A model generated the notes under the pieces. It ran no database searches, had not been told where the DNA came from, and saw only the letters and a list, made by a program, of their open reading frames with translations. The translations under genes were made by a program, and so were the position numbers. From Planctomycetota bacterium (GTDB lineage Bacteria; Planctomycetota; Planctomycetia; Planctomycetales; Planctomycetaceae), in contig QWQF01000151.1 of the NCBI GenBank assembly GCA_003669125.1, forward strand, positions 1 through 56,275: a stretch of DNA of 56,275 nt, written 5' to 3'. Of the stretch, positions 48,500 to 56,275 are shown one piece after another; within the stretch, counting starts at the first letter, position 1; each line of letters starts with the position of its first letter.

Positions 48500-49933
48500 A
48501 TGCAAATTCCAACGTCCATCGCTCGACGAGCTTTTCTGCAATCCACCGGAGTCAGTTTGGGTTCGATGGCGCTGGGTTCGTTGCTGACGCGAGACGGCGT
48601 TGCCGCGGATTCGTCGGGGAAGCAAGTGCCGAAATGGCCGGGCGTGTTGAATCCGTTGCACTTCGCTCCGAAGGCCAAGCGAGTCATTTGGCTGTACATG
48701 GCCGGCGGCATGACGCACATCGATACGTTCGACAACAAGCCCAAGCTGGCGGAGTTGCACGGACAGCCGATGCCGGAATCGATCACCAAAGGACAACAGA
48801 TCGCCCAGCTTCAAGGGCAGAAGCTGAACTGCTTCGCGCCGCAGCATCCCTTCAAGCAGTGGGGCAAATCAGGGCAGTCGATGGCCGAGATTTGGCCGCA
48901 CCTCGGCGAGAAGTGTGCGGACGACATGTGCATCGTGCGATCGCTCTCGACCGATGCGATCAATCACGATCCGGCTCACACCTTCATGAACACCGGCACA
49001 ATGAATCCCGGCCGGCCGGCGATGGGATCGTGGCTGCTGTACGGACTCGGAGCCGAATCCGAAAGTTTGCCCGGCTTCGTCGTGATGGTCTCCACCGGCA
49101 AGTTTGGACAGAAGCAGCCGATCGCGGCGAGGCAATGGCATTCGGGATTCCTGCCGGGACAGTTTCAAGGAGTCGAGTTCCGTGGCACCGGCGATCCCGT
49201 CTTGTACGTCGGCAATCCCAAGGGAGTGACTCCGAAGCGGCAGCGTGACGTGGTTGATGCCGTGCAATCGCTCAACGGTATTGCCAACGAGTCGCTGGAT
49301 GATCCCGAAATTGCGACGCGAGTCAGCCAGTACGAACTCGCGTTTCGGATGCAGTCGAGCGTCCCGGAACTGATGGACGTCAAGAACGAACCGCAGCACA
49401 TCTTTGATCTGTACGGCACGAAGGGTGGCGACGGTTCGTTCGCGTCGAATTGCTTGCTGGCCCGCCGCTTAGCCGAGCGAGGAACTCGTTTCATCCAGCT
49501 TTATCACCGCGATTGGGACCATCACGGCTCGGTGAAAGATCACGTTGCCGGCACCGCCAAGGAAGTCGATCAAGCCATCGCCGCACTGATCACGGATCTC
49601 AAGCAACGAGACATGCTCAAGGACACGATCATCGTGTTCGGCTCCGAGTTCGGCCGCACACCGATGGCTCAAGGTAACGGCCGCGATCACCATCTCGCCG
49701 GATTCACAATGTGGTTCGCGGGAGGTGGTTTCAAGCCTGGCTTCAATTACGGAGCAACCGACGAGTTCGGCTATCACGCGGTTGAGAATCGCGTCTCGGT
49801 CCACGACGTTCACGCGACGCTGCTGCACCTGCTGGGAATCGATCATTCGCGGTTCAGCATGAAGTTCCAGGGTTTGGATTCGCGACTGACGGGTGTCGAA
49901 GGGGCACGCGTCGTGAAGGAATTGCTTGCCTAG
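48500..49933 (+). CDS. DUF1501 (sulfatase-like) protein with Tat signal
   Basis: ATG at 48500, 6 nt after GAGG (MQIPTSIARRAFLQSTGVSLG). Family-typical segments: GGMTHIDTFDNKP, DWDHH, GSEFGRTP, GRDHH. Confidence 0.85.
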   Translation: MQIPTSIARRAFLQSTGVSLGSMALGSLLTRDGVAADSSGKQVPKWPGVLNPLHFAPKAKRVIWLYMAGGMTHIDTFDNKPKLAELHGQPMPESITKGQQIAQLQGQKLNCFAPQHPFKQWGKSGQSMAEIWPHLGEKCADDMCIVRSLSTDAINHDPAHTFMNTGTMNPGRPAMGSWLLYGLGAESESLPGFVVMVSTGKFGQKQPIAARQWHSGFLPGQFQGVEFRGTGDPVLYVGNPKGVTPKRQRDVVDAVQSLNGIANESLDDPEIATRVSQYELAFRMQSSVPELMDVKNEPQHIFDLYGTKGGDGSFASNCLLARRLAERGTRFIQLYHRDWDHHGSVKDHVAGTAKEVDQAIAALITDLKQRDMLKDTIIVFGSEFGRTPMAQGNGRDHHLAGFTMWFAGGGFKPGFNYGATDEFGYHAVENRVSVHDVHATLLHLLGIDHSRFSMKFQGLDSRLTGVEGARVVKELLA

Positions 49934-49948
49934 CTGGAACAAGCGATA

Positions 49949-49988
49949 CCACCGGCAACTTCTGTTGCCCGTTGTCGTGGCTTTTTTT
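49949..49988 (+). terminator. Possible intrinsic terminator after the DUF1501 gene
   Basis: ccac-cggcaac-ttct-gttgcc-cgttgtc-gtgg followed by cttttttt. The stem is interrupted, so support is moderate only. Confidence 0.4.
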
Positions 49989-50480
49989 GAGAGTTCTGCG
50001 GTTGCCGTGAGGTTGGCTGATTGAACATGTCGTGGAAAGCCACGTCGAAATGCGCGACCCGCGCGCGCTGAGAATCTCCGATCGGCAAGCTTCGCTGATC
50101 GCGCTGTCTGAAGAGACCAGATCGACCTTTCTAGTCGCACATTCTGCCGCACGTCCCGCATGGCGTGCCGACCGCGTTGAGCTTGCCATCTGCGTGAACT
50201 TGGAGAGTCGCGGGAAGTCTGAGAACTCCGAAGGCTCTGACAAGTACGAGCGCCTGCACGGGATTCTCGTTCTATCCGTTCCGATAAGAAGCAATGGAGG
50301 ACCTGACCCCACAGCGCTCACTGGTGGGGATGTCCGAGTTCGTGCAATCAAGTGAAGTTCTTCGCTTCGAGGGACTCACTCGACGACGCGACTCAAATCG
50401 TGGCGGCAATTTCGACCGGTTGTTCCGGCGAATCGTCGAATAACGGAATTACTCGATCCAGAATGATCTAGGAGAGGACC

Positions 50481-51908
50481 ATGCGACACGGCCGAATTTC
50501 GGAACTGATTCGTCGATCCGCCGGAGCCCTGCTGCTGCTCGGCAGCGTTGGGGTTTCGACGGACAATTTGACCTTCGCTCAAGACGCCAACAGCGCGCCG
50601 CCAGTTCCGGCGGCACAGCCGGAGGGCAGCGATGCGGTCTACAAGCGAGCGGGCGAGCGGCTGGCTCTGCACCTGCAGCAGATTGGCAGCCAGCCCGTGG
50701 CTCAGGCCCCCGCCGAATCAAGCACCGCCGCTCCCGGCTGCGGCACTGCTGGCCAACCTGGTTGTCTGAGCGATGGCTGCACCTCGGGCAGTTGCTTGTT
50801 CGGTGGCCTGTTCGCTAATGGCGATGGCTGTGCCGAAGAAAAGAAAGAGCCTTGGGCGCTCATGTCGGCCTTCGACGATGAGTGCGGCAACAATTGTCTC
50901 AAGGACAAAGGCATCACCGTCGCCGGCTGGATGCAATTCGGATACGCCAGCAATCCCGACGGATCATTCACGGGCAACGGACCGTTCTTGGACGACCGCG
51001 AATGGAACAACATCAACCTCAACCAGATGTACCTGTACGTCGCCAAAGTGGCCGATGGCAGCAATGGCGTGGGCTTCGGCTATCGCGCGGACCTTCTCTA
51101 CGGCGTGGACGGCAATGACGCGCAGTCGTTCGGCAATCAAGCGGGCAAATGGGACTTTGCCAACGGTTTTGATCATGGCATTTACGAATGGGCCATGCCG
51201 CAGTTGTACGCGGAGATCGCCAGCGGCAACCTGTCCGTCAAGCTCGGTCACTTCTACACGCCCATCGGATACGAAGTGGTCACGTCTCCGGACAACTTCT
51301 TCTTCAGCAAGCAAATCACCTTTTACAACAGCGAGCCATTCACTCACACGGGTGCGTTGGCGACGTACAAGGTCGACGACAAGCTGAGCTTGATCGGCGG
51401 CTGGACACTGGGTTGGGACACCGGGTTCAACCAAAACCTGGGTGGCAACAACGCAATCATCGGTGCGACGTACGCGGCCAGCGAAAACACCACGTTGGTC
51501 TACTCGGCAGCGTTTGGAAACTTTGGTGTGCGTGGCGATGGCTCGATCAACAGCTTCATCCTGTCGCACAAATGGAGCGACAAGCTGGTGTCAGTCCATC
51601 AGATTGACATGTTGGGCACTAACAGCGGTGGCAACCTCGCTGACCCAGAAAGCCTGACTGCGGGTGACTCGGTCTCGTTCATCAACTACTCCTTCTACCA
51701 ACTCAGCGACAAGCTCAAGGCAGGAGCACGCCAAGAGTGGTACAAGGCCGATGGCGTGTCCTACAACACGTTCACCTACGGCGTGAACTACCAGGTCACA
51801 CCGAACGTTGTTGTGCGACCCGAAATGCGGCACAACTGGGCTCCGGGCAACGACGTCAGCCCCTGGAACGAAGACATCGCCGGCATCGACGCCATCTTCA
51901 AGTTCTAG
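50481..51908 (+). CDS. Outer-membrane beta-barrel porin-like protein (OmpL/BBP2-like)
   Basis: ATG at 50481 preceded by AGGAGAGG. Signal peptide. Alternating amphipathic beta-strand pattern, rich in aromatic residues and Gly. C-terminal ...IFKF (terminal Phe). Confidence 0.7.
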   Translation: MRHGRISELIRRSAGALLLLGSVGVSTDNLTFAQDANSAPPVPAAQPEGSDAVYKRAGERLALHLQQIGSQPVAQAPAESSTAAPGCGTAGQPGCLSDGCTSGSCLFGGLFANGDGCAEEKKEPWALMSAFDDECGNNCLKDKGITVAGWMQFGYASNPDGSFTGNGPFLDDREWNNINLNQMYLYVAKVADGSNGVGFGYRADLLYGVDGNDAQSFGNQAGKWDFANGFDHGIYEWAMPQLYAEIASGNLSVKLGHFYTPIGYEVVTSPDNFFFSKQITFYNSEPFTHTGALATYKVDDKLSLIGGWTLGWDTGFNQNLGGNNAIIGATYAASENTTLVYSAAFGNFGVRGDGSINSFILSHKWSDKLVSVHQIDMLGTNSGGNLADPESLTAGDSVSFINYSFYQLSDKLKAGARQEWYKADGVSYNTFTYGVNYQVTPNVVVRPEMRHNWAPGNDVSPWNEDIAGIDAIFKF

Positions 51909-51936
51909 TCGATTGAAGCGCGTCTGACAGAAAACC

Positions 51937-51970
51937 AAAGGCCGTGGTCGACTCTTCGACCACGGCCTTT
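51937..51970 (+). terminator. Hairpin terminator after the porin gene
   Basis: Perfect 15-bp stem aaaggccgtggtcga-ctct-tcgaccacggccttt, 29 nt after the stop codon. The following T-tract is weak (ccctttgg). Confidence 0.65.
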
Positions 51971-52193
51971 CCCTTTGGTGTCAGCGACCATGCAACGCAG
52001 GTTGATTCGGCTTCGTCCAGCGGATGCATGACCGCAGCAGGTCTCCTTGGTAGCCGCATTTCGGCAGCACGATGCGTTCGGTGTCGCGCAGTAGCCTCGG
52101 CGATCTGTGGACTTCGTGCTAAGTTCTGCAGTCAACGTTGCGATTCGTGAATAAACTCCTCCGACACCTTTCCCTCGAAATGTTGTTCAGGCA

Positions 52194-52700
52194 ATGAGCG
52201 TGCCCGTTGTTCCCAAGGTGTCGCCGGATGTCACAACGACGGCCTATCACGAAGCGGGGCATGCCGTCGTCGCGCTGGCTCTGGGCCGCGCGGTGCAACG
52301 TGTCAGCATCTTACCGGGACACGCCTGGCTTGGCCGCTGCGAGTTCCAAAAGGGACGGGTTCGGCCCTTGGAAGATTGGCTGGAACGTGAGATTCTGATT
52401 TCACTCGCCGGCGCAGCGGCCGAGGCTCGACACACCGGAGCGTATGCCTGGGACGGAGCCAGCGCCGACCTGCGAGCCGTCCGCCGACTTGCCGTGCAGC
52501 GAGCCGGCGAACGCCAAGCCGAACGACTCGAACGCCGTCTCTTGGCTAAGGTGGAACATCTGCTCAATCAAGCCGGTCACTGGCAAGCGGTCGAACTCAT
52601 CGCGGTGGAACTGCTGCGTCGCGAAACCATCAGCGGCCGAGCCGTTCGCCATCTGTTCGACCAGGGAAACAAACAGGCTGACGCCTCGGCCGGGCCGTAG
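52194..52700 (+). CDS. Stand-alone FtsH-type (peptidase M41-like) zinc metalloprotease domain protein
   Basis: ATG at 52194. TAYHEAGHAVVA is the FtsH HEAGH zinc motif. It is followed by the RVSILPG, LAGAAAE and GASADL segments, which parallel the M41 domain. Only 168 aa, with no TM or AAA+ module. Confidence 0.7.
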   Translation: MSVPVVPKVSPDVTTTAYHEAGHAVVALALGRAVQRVSILPGHAWLGRCEFQKGRVRPLEDWLEREILISLAGAAAEARHTGAYAWDGASADLRAVRRLAVQRAGERQAERLERRLLAKVEHLLNQAGHWQAVELIAVELLRRETISGRAVRHLFDQGNKQADASAGP

Positions 52701-53039
52701 TTCCTGCTTGATTTCGGGGGGTGAACGCAGGCATTCTGTCTCGCGTCAGAGATTTGGAGAGCGGCGGGTCATCGCCACTTTGGATGGCGGTGGAACCGCT
52801 TTCTTGGGATGGTTCGACGTTCAAAAACCAAAGCGGCTGGGCCGCGATCCAAAGCGGTGCGGGGCACCCTCTGGGTCCACCGCACTCCAAAGGCTGTTCC
52901 AAACGGATGTCTGGTTTTAGGATCACCGCGTTTTGAAAACGCAGTGACTCCGATCCGCTGGGCTGCGAAAATCAGGCAGGCGGTGCGTTCTCAGTTGGGA
53001 TTGGCAAGCAATTGATCGACGACCAAAGTTCTCCGAATC

Positions 53040-54473
53040 ATGATTCATCAAATCGGTAATTCGAATCGCCGTGAAATGCTGCTCCGCGCCGGCGCTGGCT
53101 TCGGGACGATCCCATTGTCGTGGCTGTTGCAATCAACGCTGAGCGCGGCCGAGTCCGACAATTCTTCGCCCGCATCCGCTCACAGCGCGAAAGTGCCGCA
53201 TCGGTTTGGGCGGGCGAAGTCGGTCATTTTCCTCTTTATGGAAGGTGGGCCGAGTCACATCGACACGTTTGATCCGAAGCCGAAGCTCAATGAGTGGGCG
53301 GGACAAAAGCTGCCGCCGAGTTTCAAGCCGGTGATTTTGTCGATGGGGGAGGTGGATGCTCCGCTGTTTCCGTCGAAGCGGAAATGGTCGCAGTACGGTC
53401 AGAGCGGGTTGTGGGTCAGCGATTGGTTGCCTCACACGGCCGAGTGCATCGACGACATCGCGGTCGTGCGGTCGTGTTGGACGAACGGCATCAATCATTC
53501 GGGGGGCGTCTGCCAGATGAACACCGGCGTGACGATCGCCGGGCGGCCGTCGTTGGGGGCGTGGGTCAGCTACGGACTCGGCACCGAGAACCAGAACATG
53601 CCCGCGTTCGTCGTACTGCAAGACGGCAAGGACGAAGTCGTCAACGGGCCGCGCAATTGGGGATCGGGCTTCATGCCGGCGGTCTATCAGGGAGTGCGGC
53701 TGCAAAGCGGCAAGACGCCGATCCCGAACCTCGATAACCCCGAGGGAGTGAACTCGGACCAGCAGCGCGGCAAGCTCGATTTCCTCACGCAGCTCAACCG
53801 GCAACACGCCGCGAGTCGGCCGCAGCAGACGGAACTGGATGCTCGCATTCAGGCATATGAGCTGGCGTTTCGGATGCAGGCGTCCGCTCCGGAAGCGGTC
53901 GATCTGTCGCAAGAAACCGCCGACACGCAGTCGCTGTACGGCATCGACCAGAAAGAGACCGAGACGTTCGGCCGCATGTGCCTGCTGTCTCGGCGGCTGG
54001 TCGAGCGGGGCGTCCGCTTCGTGCAGTTGTATTCCGGCAGCGGCAGCAAGTGGGACGCTCACAAAGGGATCGAAGCGAATCACTCGAAGCTGTGCCGCGG
54101 GACCGATCAACCGATCGCCGGCCTGCTGCGCGATCTGAAGCAACGCGGGTTGCTCGACGAAACGCTGGTGATCTGGGGGGGCGAATTCGGCCGCACTCCA
54201 ATGAGCGAACAAGGCGACGGCCGCGACCACAACCCCTACGGCTTCACGATGTGGTTCGCCGGCGGCGGAGTCCGCGGCGGCCAAACGATCGGCACCACCG
54301 ACGAGATCGGCCTGCACGCAGTCGAAGATCGCCTGCACGTCCACGACTTGCACGCGACGGTGCTCGCGTCGATGGGAGTCGATCACATGGAGCTGGTCTA
54401 CAAGCACAAAGGCCGTCCGGAACGCGCGACGATCAACGAGGGCCTCGTCTGCAAGAAGCTGTTCGGTGCGTGA
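53040..54473 (+). CDS. DUF1501 (sulfatase-like) protein with Tat signal
   Basis: MIHQIGNSNRREMLLRAGAGFG. Shares GGPSHIDTFDPKP, WDAH, GGEFGRTP and GRDHN segments with the 48500-49933 paralog. Confidence 0.85.
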   Translation: MIHQIGNSNRREMLLRAGAGFGTIPLSWLLQSTLSAAESDNSSPASAHSAKVPHRFGRAKSVIFLFMEGGPSHIDTFDPKPKLNEWAGQKLPPSFKPVILSMGEVDAPLFPSKRKWSQYGQSGLWVSDWLPHTAECIDDIAVVRSCWTNGINHSGGVCQMNTGVTIAGRPSLGAWVSYGLGTENQNMPAFVVLQDGKDEVVNGPRNWGSGFMPAVYQGVRLQSGKTPIPNLDNPEGVNSDQQRGKLDFLTQLNRQHAASRPQQTELDARIQAYELAFRMQASAPEAVDLSQETADTQSLYGIDQKETETFGRMCLLSRRLVERGVRFVQLYSGSGSKWDAHKGIEANHSKLCRGTDQPIAGLLRDLKQRGLLDETLVIWGGEFGRTPMSEQGDGRDHNPYGFTMWFAGGGVRGGQTIGTTDEIGLHAVEDRLHVHDLHATVLASMGVDHMELVYKHKGRPERATINEGLVCKKLFGA

Positions 54474-54679
54474 GCGAACACTCGAAAAAGGCCCGATCGC
54501 TTCTGCGGCGGAAGCCACAGGCCGGTCGTGGTGAGCTTTGTCGGATCCGCGTGATGGAGTCGTCTGGCGGCCTCCCCGCCGACCGGGAGAATTCACAGTC
54601 GCCAGCAATTCCCTTCCGATTGGAAGAGGCCGTCGGACAACCCGCAGGGCGTGCCCACAAATCTTGGCAAACGCAAACC

Positions 54680-54773
54680 AACCCGAAGCGTGAGCGCGGG
54701 CGATCGCTCCAAACCAGGGTCATTCTGCGATCGATGTTTCGTGAAGCGTTCGCCCTCGCTCACGCTTCGGGTT
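54680..54773. repeat. REP-like palindromic element, family A, copy 4
   Basis: Arms aacccgaagcgtgagcgcgggcgatcgc and gcgttcgccctcgctcacgcttcgggtt, between convergent genes. Confidence 0.8.
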
Positions 54774-54981
54774 CGTGTTGGCCTTCAAGGTCACCTGCCA
54801 AGAACAATTGGCACACCCGTCTCCCGACCTCGTACTCAAACGACCGCAAGTCTCCACAAATTCTGAGACACCTCTGGTCGGACAAAGCGGCGGCGCCGCA
54901 AGCCCCGCACCGAACACCCGCCAGCCGATCTATGTTCGGCGAGCATCGACCTCGCCGGAACACGGATAAGCAGTCGCGTTA

Positions 54982-55875
54982 TCACTGCATATGTACCAGG
55001 AGACTTGCAATTAACAGTTCGCGAAAAATCCAAATAATAATTGGTGCCAGCAGCGCGACTAAAATCATGATCGCACCACGGCGCACTTGGCCGCGACACA
55101 AAGCGATGAGCCCCAAGAGCAGGCCGAAGCAAGCACAGAACAGGCACACGAGGATATCGATCACGTCTGGAAACTTTTCCGACGGGTCCACCCTCTCCCT
55201 TACGGGCGTCGCGGCAATGTAACGCCCAATCTCTGCAGTCTCCATTTCTACACGGGCGCTAGCGCAGTAGTGGCAAGCGGTGACCCCCTCCGCGAACAAC
55301 CTGCCGCAAATTGGGCAAGCATTGCGCTTCGTGCCTTTCTTCTTAATGGTAGGTAAACCGGCTACTAACTCCTCCAGTCCGTCGAAAGTCGTGTCGTATT
55401 CGTCTGCCTCCTCGACCGGTTTAGCCTTGGGGATCGGCTCGCTATTTTTTTTCGCGGTCGGCTCCAAGAGTTTGTAAACCTCGGCGACTCGTTTCCAGGG
55501 GCCCTCTTTGGACTCGGCGACGAGGTCGTTGGCTTTGAGTCGGTGCTCTTTGAGAAGGCGGCGGATGTGCTGCAGGCTGAATGGCCCAGACACTTTCTCA
55601 CCACGTTTCAAGTAATTCGTTGTTGTACCCAAGGAACACTTCCAGACTTGAGAGGCAGCGTGTCGACGGGAGACCCAGCTTCGGAACAGCTGAGCCTCCC
55701 GTGGGTTTCGTGAGTTATTGTCAAATGTTGTGGAGGAGGTGAGTTGAAGAAGGCGGTGCGGGGATGCCACGGCCAGCGCGCATAGCTGGGTAGTGTGGCT
55801 CACGAACAACCACAACCCAAACTCTGACATCCACTGGGCTGTGGTTTCAACATACGAGCGAGTGATGCTGGTCAT
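54982..55875 (-). CDS. GYF_2 (DUF4339)-like domain, zinc-ribbon and two C-terminal TM helices protein
   Basis: GYF_2-like segment (GEKVSGPFSLQHIRRLLKEHRLKANDLVAESKEGPWKRVAEV). Zinc ribbon CPICG...CHYC. Hydrophobic C-terminus. The start is uncertain: ATG at 55875, or an internal TTG at about 55632 just before the GYF segment. Confidence 0.6.
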   Translation of the reverse strand: MTSITRSYVETTAQWMSEFGLWLFVSHTTQLCALAVASPHRLLQLTSSTTFDNNSRNPREAQLFRSWVSRRHAASQVWKCSLGTTTNYLKRGEKVSGPFSLQHIRRLLKEHRLKANDLVAESKEGPWKRVAEVYKLLEPTAKKNSEPIPKAKPVEEADEYDTTFDGLEELVAGLPTIKKKGTKRNACPICGRLFAEGVTACHYCASARVEMETAEIGRYIAATPVRERVDPSEKFPDVIDILVCLFCACFGLLLGLIALCRGQVRRGAIMILVALLAPIIIWIFRELLIASLLVHMQ

Positions 55876-55960
55876 TGGCTATTGGCGGATGACCAATAAA
55901 CAATTTCTTCTGGGTCGGGCCACTCGCTGGCGCGTCGTGCTGGCTCCAATCGTGTGGCGA

Positions 55961-56248
55961 TTATTTTTCCGTGTACTCAATGGTCATGGAGCAGGTCCAA
56001 CTTTCGCCGCTGCCGGTGGTGTTTTTTCGGATCGTTCGATAATTGATGCTCCCGGCCACGTCGCGCGCCGCCTGTGCGGCTTCGGATTCCGCCTTGGACT
56101 TGGACTTGCCGGTGCCGCTGACCGACGCTTTGACCTTCTTGCCGGCGGCCACGCAGGGCTGCGGTTCGTCCGCCGTCACCGATTCGCCGGGCAAACCCAG
56201 ACCGCACCACGCGGCCACGACGACCACCAGACTGCCGAATTTCCGCAT
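55961..56248 (-). CDS. Small secreted hypothetical protein (95 aa)
   Basis: ATG at 56248, 7 nt after GGGAGA. Signal peptide MRKFGSLVVVVAAWCGLG. Lys/Ser/Ala-rich middle. Two Cys in the mature part. Confidence 0.5.
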   Translation of the reverse strand: MRKFGSLVVVVAAWCGLGLPGESVTADEPQPCVAAGKKVKASVSGTGKSKSKAESEAAQAARDVAGSINYRTIRKNTTGSGESWTCSMTIEYTEK

Positions 56249-56275
56249 CGCTGCGTCTCCCACCGCGGACGTGAA

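Noticed and set aside
50032-50355. The 107-aa ORF as a confident protein-coding gene.
   Set aside because: It starts with GTG and has no clear RBS. Third-position GC (~61% by hand count) is well below that of neighbouring genes, and there is no motif. I kept it only as part of the long-spacer observation.

Overview
High-GC (roughly 58-60% by eye) chromosomal segment. Its gene content points to Planctomycetota, probably Pirellulales-like. That call is an inference from family content: two giant PSCyt/DUF1549/DUF1553 proteins, two DUF1501 Tat-signal proteins, two PVC-type heme-binding proteins, a CRTAC1/FG-GAP protein, and many twin-arginine signal peptides.

I support about 37 protein-coding genes. 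I found no rRNA, tRNA, CRISPR array, transposase or integrase.

Housekeeping blocks:
- speA-speB-HAD-argB-argD-argF, all on the minus strand.
- Class II ribonucleotide reductase nrdJ, with a near-consensus promoter, candidate NrdR boxes and an intrinsic terminator.
- rng-rplU.
- A regulatory phosphotransferase cluster, hpf-ptsN-HPr-ptsI.

Two families of 90-100 bp palindromic intergenic repeats (REP-like) are dispersed through the window.

Candidates for something under-described, in order of interest:
1. A two-gene module at 9003-12321. It pairs an HlyD-type adaptor with a 744-aa fusion of a PqqD/RRE-like N-terminus, a complete site-2 (M50) membrane metalloprotease and a C-terminal HlyD-like domain. 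No pump is adjacent. A 34-codon ORF is start/stop-coupled (ATGA) to the adaptor gene.
2. A DUF1553 / Str2-like PLP enzyme / DUF1501 arrangement at 43724-49933.
3. A stand-alone FtsH-type (M41) protease domain at 52194-52700.
4. An HPr-like protein that keeps His15 but lacks Arg17 and Ser46.

Most of the window is ordinary core genome. None of these candidates is proven.

All family assignments come from reading motifs in the supplied translations; no database search was run. The ORF track opens many ORFs at GTG/TTG codons, so I re-picked starts where an ATG or GTG with a Shine-Dalgarno-like motif was visible. Hand-located small motifs may be off by 1-2 nt.
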